The notes under the pieces: model-generated | Databases searched by the model: none | What the model saw: the letters and a program-made list of their open reading frames with translations, nothing else | Told to the model about the DNA's origin: nothing | Program-made: the position numbers and the translations under genes | Part shown: positions 7,027-14,198 of the stretch, piece by piece | How the letters are laid out: every line of letters starts with the position of its first letter | Position numbering within the stretch: position 1 is the first letter of the stretch | Assembly: GCA_963783885.1 (NCBI GenBank) | Contig: CAWAPJ010000035.1 | Span: forward strand, 1 to 14,198 | Direction of reading: 5' to 3' | DNA: 14,198 nt | From: Waddliaceae bacterium | GTDB taxonomy: Bacteria; Chlamydiota; Chlamydiia; Chlamydiales; SLFE01

Positions 7027-7751
7027 AAGAACAACTCAAAGAATTGACGCACCTGACCAGGCAGCATCTTAGCGAAGAGTATGACGAGAGCGAATGGCTC
7101 TTCACCGATCAACAGTCTTATGACTATTTTCGCAAGATGGCGCAAAAAAATCCTTCTCCCCCGCCCGCCACCCCAAAGCCGGTAAAAAAAATCACAACGT
7201 GTGTTCCGGAAAAACCAAAGAAAACCTCTCTTCCTCCCCCCGAGCCGGAGGCCCCCGCGCCTGCGGGGCCGGTCAAAGAGTCCATTCAATTGGAAACCAA
7301 GACGACCGAAGAGGCCCCGGACCTCTCCCCGCAACTCGATTTGATCAGACGGGTATGTCCAAAGATCAAGTTGATTGAAGAAATACCGGAGCCCAATAAC
7401 GACTATGTCCAGTTTTATTCGGTTAACTCGAGCGAAGAGGAAAGAGCTTTCTGGGCCAAAGTGATCCAAGCTTTGGAAGACAGAGGTATCGAGTGCCGCC
7501 GGACTGACTGCGAAAGTCAAAAGCAATTGATCGATTCGTTAAAAGAGATTGCCAATATAAGGCTTTTACTTGTCCCCCGAAAATACCTTGCGGTTCTAAA
7601 AGAGCTGGGCTATCGGCAGCACGCTTCCACAATGAGACATTATATTCAGAATGTTCCCCTCATTGCTTTGGAAGATGTTTCACTCTATGAAACAGATCTC
7701 TCATTAAAGCGCATGCTCTGGCAAAATTTGCGATCCGAGCTAAATATATGA
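7023..7751 (+). CDS. Conserved chlamydial hypothetical protein upstream of priA, with Pro/Lys-rich linker
   Basis: 242 aa with ATGA overlaps on both sides. The C-terminal YETDLSLKRMLW resembles, from memory, the priA-adjacent C. trachomatis CT779. Confidence 0.85.
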   Translation: MKEQLKELTHLTRQHLSEEYDESEWLFTDQQSYDYFRKMAQKNPSPPPATPKPVKKITTCVPEKPKKTSLPPPEPEAPAPAGPVKESIQLETKTTEEAPDLSPQLDLIRRVCPKIKLIEEIPEPNNDYVQFYSVNSSEEERAFWAKVIQALEDRGIECRRTDCESQKQLIDSLKEIANIRLLLVPRKYLAVLKELGYRQHASTMRHYIQNVPLIALEDVSLYETDLSLKRMLWQNLRSELNI

Positions 7752-9967
7752 AATACGTTTCCGTGATTCTGGATGTTTCGATCGACAAATCACTCGATTA
7801 TTCCGTCCCCTCCCGATTTTCCGATTCCATCGGCAAAGGGCTTAAAGTCACCGTGCCTGTCAGAGGCTATCCCCGAACCGGCTATGTGCTGGAAGTGAAA
7901 GACAGGCCAAACTTCACCCCTGTAAAGGACGTTTTGAAGGTTCATGAAAGCTGCGCCATCTCCCATGACCTGTTTTCCCTTGCCCTTTGGATGGCCAAAT
8001 ACTACGGAGCCCCCTTGAGAAATGTTTTCAAAACGATCCTTCCCTCGAGCGTGAGAAGGGAGACAAAGGAGAAACAACAGCTTTTTGTGATGAGGGCACA
8101 AACAAAAGAAGAGCTTCGCTCGCTGTGCCAAGATTTAAGAAATAAGTCATCAGGACAAGCGGCAGTGCTCGATGCCATGCTGCAAGCAAAAAAAGGGCTG
8201 CTGCTTACAGAACTCTTAGAAATAGCGGGCGTGTCGAGAAGCCCCGTCGATTCTTTGGTCAAAAAAGGGGCGCTTGCCATCGACATCATCCGTATCGACC
8301 GCTCGCCGCTCGTCAATGAAGAGTATTTCCAGACGCCGTCAAAAACATTAAACCCTCAGCAGGAAATAGCATTCAACGCGATTGCAGAAAACATGGATGC
8401 CGGGGGGTTCAAAACTCATCTGATCCATGGCATTACCGGAAGCGGAAAAACCGAAATCTATCTGCAAAGCATACAAAAGGCCCTCGACATGAGCCTGGGA
8501 TCAATCGTCTTGGTTCCGGAAATCTCTCTGACAACGCAGATGATCGAAAGATTCCGCTGCCGTTTTGAACACAAAATCGCAGTCTTGCATTGCCGCCTAA
8601 GCCATGGCGAGAGGATTGATGAATGGAGACGGATTGCAAACGGCGAGGCGCCCATTGTCATCGGCCCCAGATCGGCAATCTTCAGTCCTGTCAAAAACCC
8701 GGGTCTGATTATTGTCGATGAAGAGCATGAACATACCTACAAGCAATCGGAAGAGCCCCCTTATTACCATGCCAGGGATGTTGCGGTGATGCGAGGAAAA
8801 CTGACAAACAGCACTGTCGTTTTGGGATCGGCCACCCCAAGCCTGGAAAGCTTTCATAACGCCAAAAGCGGCAAATATGTTTTGCTCTCATTACAGGAAA
8901 GGGCAGACGCGGCCTCCCTGCCGCAAGTGAAAATTGTCGATATGAAGCAAGAATTCGAAAAGGCCAAGGGATATACGCTCTTTTCAGACAAACTCCTCAG
9001 CGGAATCTGGTCCAGGCGGGAAAAGGGGGAGCAATCGCTTCTTTTTTTGAACAGACGCGGCTTTCATACGGCCATGATCTGCCAGGGCTGCCGTGAGCCG
9101 GTTAAATGCAAAAGCTGCGATCTGGCGCTCACCTACCACAAAAACACCAATTCCCTTTCCTGCCACCTCTGCGGATTCGCCTGCTCCTGCCCTGCCAAGT
9201 GCCCTCTTTGCAAAGAAGACTCCCCCATGAAGTTTCGCGGCGTCGGAACAGAACAGGTCGAAAGAGCTTTGCACGCGATTTTTCCGGAACTGAGGACAAT
9301 CCGTGTTGACGCCGACACCACGCGCCATAAGGGGAGCCACCAGAAGCTTCTCCGGCAGTTCGGATCGGGAAAAGCGGATGTTCTTATCGGCACCCAGATG
9401 ATCGCAAAAGGACTCCACTTTCCCTGTTTAACCCTGGTAGGGGTCCTCAATTCCGACGGAGCTTTGAATATTCCCGATTTTCGCTCATCGGAAACCGTCT
9501 TTCAGCTGATCACACAGGTAGCCGGCCGCTCAGGACGGGGCTTTTCCAAAGGAGAGGTCATTATCCAAACCACCATGCCGAGCAACCCGACCATCCTTCA
9601 TGCGGCAAAACAGGACTACCTCGCATTCTACGATGAGGAAATCGCTGTCAGGGAGATGTTTAACTATCCCCCGTTCGTCCATCTTTTCAAAATCACCTTT
9701 TCAGGTGAAAATGAAAAACAAACACAAGTCCTCGCCGAAAATTTCCGCAAACAACTGACAATCATTCTTCCGCCATCTTTCGAGTTGCTGCCCGTCTGCC
9801 CTTCGGGGTATGCCAAAATCAAAGATCGGTATCGATTTCAATTTCTTGTCAAAGGCAGAGCCGTCTACCATGCTGCCCTTGCCATTGAAACGCTCCGCAC
9901 GCAATTTTCCCTTCCCAAAGGCATGAGAATCTCCCTGGATGTCGACCCCGTCTCAACCTATTTTTAA
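7748..9967 (+). CDS. priA: Primosomal protein N' (replication restart helicase)
   Basis: Walker A GITGSGKT, DEEH, LGSATPS, LNRRG, four CxxC pairs, GTQMIAKG, QVAGRSGR and a C-terminal DVDP. Confidence 0.98.
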   Translation: MKYVSVILDVSIDKSLDYSVPSRFSDSIGKGLKVTVPVRGYPRTGYVLEVKDRPNFTPVKDVLKVHESCAISHDLFSLALWMAKYYGAPLRNVFKTILPSSVRRETKEKQQLFVMRAQTKEELRSLCQDLRNKSSGQAAVLDAMLQAKKGLLLTELLEIAGVSRSPVDSLVKKGALAIDIIRIDRSPLVNEEYFQTPSKTLNPQQEIAFNAIAENMDAGGFKTHLIHGITGSGKTEIYLQSIQKALDMSLGSIVLVPEISLTTQMIERFRCRFEHKIAVLHCRLSHGERIDEWRRIANGEAPIVIGPRSAIFSPVKNPGLIIVDEEHEHTYKQSEEPPYYHARDVAVMRGKLTNSTVVLGSATPSLESFHNAKSGKYVLLSLQERADAASLPQVKIVDMKQEFEKAKGYTLFSDKLLSGIWSRREKGEQSLLFLNRRGFHTAMICQGCREPVKCKSCDLALTYHKNTNSLSCHLCGFACSCPAKCPLCKEDSPMKFRGVGTEQVERALHAIFPELRTIRVDADTTRHKGSHQKLLRQFGSGKADVLIGTQMIAKGLHFPCLTLVGVLNSDGALNIPDFRSSETVFQLITQVAGRSGRGFSKGEVIIQTTMPSNPTILHAAKQDYLAFYDEEIAVREMFNYPPFVHLFKITFSGENEKQTQVLAENFRKQLTIILPPSFELLPVCPSGYAKIKDRYRFQFLVKGRAVYHAALAIETLRTQFSLPKGMRISLDVDPVSTYF

Positions 9968-9995
9968 TTGTTTTTAATTGATCTTTGACCATACT
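9961..9995 (+). promoter_or_regulatory. Tandem 10-bp repeat and putative promoter for the phosphatase gene
   Basis: TTTTTAATTG occurs twice (9961-9980). TTGTTT-N16-CATACT ends 8 nt before the ATG at 10004. No SD visible. Confidence 0.35.
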
Positions 9996-10003
9996 GTGAA
10001 AAT

Positions 10004-10891
10004 ATGCAAGTTGACAGTTTATTCAAGCAGATAAGCACACAATACCCTGAAATGATTCCCGATGACTGGAAGCCCTTAGTCGAAATTCTGAACAAGCCTC
10101 TGGATACGCTTCAAGATCAGCTCGACGCAATCCCCAACGCAAACAAAACATGCAAGATTGGAAAGAGCTTCCTCACTCTTAATCGTTATACAAATGTTTT
10201 TCCTTATGATGAGAACCGAGTCACTCTCGACGAAGGGCGCTATATTAATGCTTCGAGAGTTGAGCTGACAAATCTTAATTGCCTCGTTGCCTCGGCCCCC
10301 AGGGAACACACTCTTGCCGACTGGTGGGAGATGATCATTAAAGAGGAGTGCCAACTGATTGCCGCTGCGACAAATACATATGAATGGCGGCGCGAAAGGC
10401 TGATTCAAAAATGCACCCCTTATTGGGAATCCTCTCAAAACATCAACAATTCTCTCGACGAGGGGTGGAAATGCCTATCAATCACAAAAGGAAAAGTGAT
10501 TGACAGCAGAGGCCTGCAAAAACTCGTGCAACGAATTATAACCCTACAAGGGCCCGAGGAAAAAGTCCGCAAACTCACTCACCTTCATTTTGAAAACTGG
10601 CCCGATTCAGGTGTCGCGCATATATCACTTGCTATGAAATTTCATAAGCTTATCAAAGAAAAAAACTCGAAAAAGCAACCCGCCGTTGTCCATTGCTCCG
10701 CAGGAATCGGAAGAAGCGGGACAATTCTTGCTATCAATGAGGTGCTGGAAAGTGAAAAGCCGCCCGATGTCATGACAATCATTGAAATGCTCCGCGAGCA
10801 GCGCGCCGGCATGGTGCAATCCGCTACCCAAGTTAAGATGATTGCCCGAGCCGCTCTCATCATTCTAAATGCAAAACAGGTCACCAGTTGA
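10004..10891 (+). CDS. Classical (tyrosine-specific) protein tyrosine phosphatase
   Basis: pTyr loop NRY, YINAS, WPD loop, P-loop HCSAGIGRSG and Q-loop MVQSATQ are all intact. Confidence 0.95.
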   Translation: MQVDSLFKQISTQYPEMIPDDWKPLVEILNKPLDTLQDQLDAIPNANKTCKIGKSFLTLNRYTNVFPYDENRVTLDEGRYINASRVELTNLNCLVASAPREHTLADWWEMIIKEECQLIAAATNTYEWRRERLIQKCTPYWESSQNINNSLDEGWKCLSITKGKVIDSRGLQKLVQRIITLQGPEEKVRKLTHLHFENWPDSGVAHISLAMKFHKLIKEKNSKKQPAVVHCSAGIGRSGTILAINEVLESEKPPDVMTIIEMLREQRAGMVQSATQVKMIARAALIILNAKQVTS

Positions 10892-11651
10892 AATCGGTTT
10901 CATAGCCGAGGTCGATCAATTCCTGGCCGTAATACTGTTTGTAAAGAGCTTTATTCTCCTCTGTAAAATGAGTTTTCCAGGAGCCGATCTGCCCTTTACG
11001 GAAGGTATAATCCTTCCCAAAAGCTTTTTTGGCGATTATTTTACATTTTTTGACGTTTAAAGAAACGCCGATATGGCTCGCAATATTCATAAGCTCTTGC
11101 ATCTGCAGCTCATCGCTGCCGCCCCCCCGCCGCCCGACCAGCTTTTCAAATGTTGTCACATAGGTGATATCAGGGCCCAAGTCAATCCAGCCTAAACGGG
11201 GAATAAAACTTTCTTCGTAGCACTGAAATCCGAAACGTTCTCCGGTAATCAGTTCTGTAATTCTATCCTCAACAGTGAAATCATTTATTGGGAGCTGAGG
11301 CCAGTATCCATTTTGATTGAAATACATCAAAGAGACCAGCTGATCACGGGGATCTCTGATGACAAAGATAACTTTGTAGCCATTTTTTCTTATCAAGTCG
11401 ACAGCTTTTGGAATGCATAGCTGGTGCGTGGAGACATAAGTCCCTTTTCCTTCGGCGATGAAGAACTCTTTCAAAAACCCTTCAAAATCGGAATTAAGGT
11501 GCCTTTGGTCGTCTTTTTCAAGCATCTCGTTCAACATATGTACGATAAGATGGGACCCGCATTTAGGGACGGTGACTAAAACAAACTTGTCATGCGCCGA
11601 AAGCAAAGACGTAAAACAGAGAAAAAGGATGAGAAGCTTAAATATTTTCAT
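10881..11651 (-). CDS. PAPS-dependent sulfotransferase domain protein with probable signal peptide
   Basis: 5'PSB loop TVPKCGSH, 3'PB IRDPRDQLVS and C-terminal FRKGQIGSWK. Start placed at 11651 (MKIFKLLILFLCFTSLLSA) rather than 11741. Overlaps the convergent PTP stop by 11 nt. Confidence 0.88.
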   Translation of the reverse strand: MKIFKLLILFLCFTSLLSAHDKFVLVTVPKCGSHLIVHMLNEMLEKDDQRHLNSDFEGFLKEFFIAEGKGTYVSTHQLCIPKAVDLIRKNGYKVIFVIRDPRDQLVSLMYFNQNGYWPQLPINDFTVEDRITELITGERFGFQCYEESFIPRLGWIDLGPDITYVTTFEKLVGRRGGGSDELQMQELMNIASHIGVSLNVKKCKIIAKKAFGKDYTFRKGQIGSWKTHFTEENKALYKQYYGQELIDLGYETDFNW

Positions 11652-11781
11652 AATCCAGAAAAAAAATGATACATTTTTTAAGAAATAGACACCAGGTTTT
11701 TTCATTATGGCCTTCCCCCGACTCAGTGGTGAATTGCGCAATTAGAGAACAAAGCCATAGCGGATTAGAGTCACACAGGGT

Positions 11782-12909
11782 CTAAAAGTTAAGCGCTTGC
11801 TGAAAAATCAACCGGCTAGATTCAGCGTTTAAATCTTTTGCGGCTTTATGAGCATTTTCTTTCATTGATTTAATCTCTTCTGCTGTTAAGCGGTTCAGCT
11901 TATCCGCCAGCGACGCCGGATCAAAATCCTGAGAAACGACGCCGCATTGATAGTGTTCAACGATATTTTTCATCATAGGGGAAGGGCCTATAGCGATTGA
12001 AAGGCGCGCCTGAATGAATTCGAATAATTTGTTGGGAAGTCCATTTAAATAATTGAAATTAACCGGAGGTAAAAGATACACCCCCATATCATATTGATGG
12101 GTAAAGGGGACGATATCCTTCATGGCAACTGGCTTAAGAAAGCGAATTTTTTGATTGCCTTCAGCTAATTTTTTGATTGAATCGATATAACATTTATCGC
12201 CGGGCACTAAAATCAGATCCATCTCAAAACGGCTGTCAAGATAAGTAGATAATTCAATAATCTTATCAAGAGACCTTGAGGGGGTTGCCACTCCATGATA
12301 AATCAAACGAATCCTTTTGGAATCAACATCTGTAGGCTTAAGATCAAAAAAATCAGGCGCATTTGTCACCACTTTGGGCAAGGGAATAGCAAATGCCCGG
12401 CTATATTTTTGAGCGATGGCGGAATTGACTGCGACCATAGAATCAACATGCTTTAAATAGGTGCGGCAAAGCCAAACGACATAATTTTTAATGAGCAGCC
12501 TCCAAAGAAACCTGTCGGTAAATTCTTCTGGGGAATACTCATGAGCGTCAAGAAGAATTTTGCCTCCTCTTCGATAGGCATGGGCAACAGGAAGAGGATC
12601 GGGATCATTCACAATAATGACATCGAAAGGGTCCGTAAGAGTATTTTCTAAAAGCTGTTTAAGCTGTTTGACAAGTTCATTTGTCCAATAATACTTTTGA
12701 TACCGCCTGAATAGGAGAAGAAACCCTCGCATGATTTTTTTAACCAACGTGCGCGGCGAAGGCAGATTCAAATTAAAATGCCGCTCTACACGCGATCGGG
12801 GCGCTCCTAGTCCCACAGTTGTCACAAAATGCCCTTGAAGCCACTGAATTTGTCTCGACACCCGTGGATCTCTGGCAAGATCGGAAAAGCTGATAATCAA
12901 TACTTTCAT
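11782..12909 (-). CDS. GT-B fold glycosyltransferase (GT4-like, surface polysaccharide type)
   Basis: 375 aa with DPRV, DAHE, IYHG and LPNKLFEF motifs. Confidence 0.85.
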   Translation of the reverse strand: MKVLIISFSDLARDPRVSRQIQWLQGHFVTTVGLGAPRSRVERHFNLNLPSPRTLVKKIMRGFLLLFRRYQKYYWTNELVKQLKQLLENTLTDPFDVIIVNDPDPLPVAHAYRRGGKILLDAHEYSPEEFTDRFLWRLLIKNYVVWLCRTYLKHVDSMVAVNSAIAQKYSRAFAIPLPKVVTNAPDFFDLKPTDVDSKRIRLIYHGVATPSRSLDKIIELSTYLDSRFEMDLILVPGDKCYIDSIKKLAEGNQKIRFLKPVAMKDIVPFTHQYDMGVYLLPPVNFNYLNGLPNKLFEFIQARLSIAIGPSPMMKNIVEHYQCGVVSQDFDPASLADKLNRLTAEEIKSMKENAHKAAKDLNAESSRLIFQQALNF

Positions 12910-12929
12910 TGCACGAAAATCATAACAAA

Positions 12930-13526
12930 CTATCGCTTATACTTGAAACATAAATAACCAAGCAAAACGACGGCAATGACTACTGAAATTCCGATATCGA
13001 AATAGTGACCCAGATACTTGAAGTACTGAGACCAGGCTTCTCCAAAGAAGTATCCAAGAGACATAAACAGCGTAGCCCAGATAATAGATCCGCTATAAGC
13101 GAACAAGGCAAACTCGTGGTATTTGAGGCTGGTGAACCCCGCTGATAGCCCCGTAAAGTGGCGCACCCCGGGAATGAAATAGCCAAAAAATAGCGTCCAC
13201 TTGCCATAATGCTCAAACCAGCTGTGCATCGCGTCCATTTTTCCATCGGTGATGCCGATTTTATTGCCATATTTTTTGAATAAATAGATTCCTACAAAAG
13301 AGCCCGCAAGATAGCTCACAGTAATGCCGCAAATGGGGCCTGCGTATCCGGCAATAATTGTCGGCGCTATGTACAAGTCCCCCTGACTCATCAGAATACC
13401 GGCAGTAATCAGAAGAGTTTCATCGGGAATGGGCAGTCCGATAATTCCCAGAGCCAAGAGTCCAAATATGATAATGCTGCCATATTGCAAAATCCAGGAA
13501 ATGAAAGGCTCGGACAAATGCTCCAT
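12930..13526 (-). CDS. dedA: DedA-family membrane protein
   Basis: 198 aa, hydrophobic, with GLPIPDETLL..AG, F..YG and FIPGVRH motifs. Confidence 0.92.
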   Translation of the reverse strand: MEHLSEPFISWILQYGSIIIFGLLALGIIGLPIPDETLLITAGILMSQGDLYIAPTIIAGYAGPICGITVSYLAGSFVGIYLFKKYGNKIGITDGKMDAMHSWFEHYGKWTLFFGYFIPGVRHFTGLSAGFTSLKYHEFALFAYSGSIIWATLFMSLGYFFGEAWSQYFKYLGHYFDIGISVVIAVVLLGYLCFKYKR

Positions 13527-13614
13527 AGATGGATATCCCCTCCCCGAAACTAATGATTCAAATGAAAATAGTCAACTGTCAGAAGACGCAGGATCTTGTT
13601 TTTTAGGATCAATC

Positions 13615-14198
13615 TTAAGAAATTGATTTGACACCTGGAATATTGGCATCTTTGAAATTGAGTGCGTAGTAAACTTTGTACACATGAAGCTCGATATCTT
13701 TTTTGCAGCTTAAAAGAGCTTCCCACGTGTTATCGACGACTTCCGGAGAAAATGCTTCCTTAAAAGATTTTTTTTCTTCAGCTATGAAATTTTCATTGCT
13801 TGAACTTAAAATCCCTTCAAGAGCAGAAAAGATTGCGCTTCTCTGCTCTTCGTCTTTAACTCCCAACTGAGAAAGATCAATAGGAATATCAACTTCGCGG
13901 ATTGGACCCCATTCTTCTTTATCGGACTCATATCTCCCCAAAGCGAGATGGCAAATAGGCTGGTCATCTTTCGATTCCCAATTGACCCGAGAAATCAGCA
14001 GGTAATCTGCGGTTTCTTTCCAAATCTTACCGCCAAATCCCTTTTTCAAAGTCTCGGGTATTATTTGGCGTTCAATTTTTTTCATAAATTTCTTATTTTC
14101 TCGCACCATTCTACCTACTTTTCCCGCTAGAGAGTATCCCTCAACATCATCGGGATTCTTTCCCGAAAGTTCGAATGAATCGGTGAGCATTTGAATAT
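13615..14198 (-). CDS. Hypothetical protein, possibly 5'-partial
   Basis: 191-aa ORF from the ATG at 14190. The frame stays open to the window edge. No recognised motif. Confidence 0.7.
   Translation of the reverse strand, partial: IQMLTDSFELSGKNPDDVEGYSLAGKVGRMVRENKKFMKKIERQIIPETLKKGFGGKIWKETADYLLISRVNWESKDDQPICHLALGRYESDKEEWGPIREVDIPIDLSQLGVKDEEQRSAIFSALEGILSSSNENFIAEEKKSFKEAFSPEVVDNTWEALLSCKKDIELHVYKVYYALNFKDANIPGVKSIS

Noticed and set aside
6508..10884. Minus-strand ORFs overlapping the hypotheticals, priA and the PTP, including 6858-7526
   Set aside because: They are antisense to well-supported genes and carry no motifs.
11652..11741. Longer N-terminus for the sulfotransferase
   Set aside because: The TTG-start extension looks non-coding, and the ATG at 11651 begins a typical signal peptide.

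Overview
The window looks like an environmental Chlamydiae chromosome segment, judged from the style of MutS, tRNA-Asn and the gene upstream of priA. Core genes are mutS (5' part, 1-154, not in the ORF track), tRNA-Asn(GTT), two conserved hypotheticals and priA. Between mutS and tRNA-Asn lies a ~5.9 kb accessory islet. It holds a frameshifted secreted prolyl oligopeptidase, a FAD-dependent monooxygenase split by a 321-bp insertion, a GC-rich DHA2 MFS exporter, and five related palindromic elements (A-E). The main find is that these hairpins belong to IS982-like elements: ACCC...GGGT termini, an unannotated IS982 transposase 3' remnant at 5691-5879 and a probable second micro-remnant at 2818-2842. 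They share a strand-specific fold (G·U wobbles, tandem GA/GA, conserved apical stem-loop) on the strand antisense to the transposase, while their middle stems differ in sequence. Right of priA are a classical protein tyrosine phosphatase, a signal-peptide-bearing sulfotransferase, a GT4-like glycosyltransferase, DedA and a probably partial hypothetical gene.
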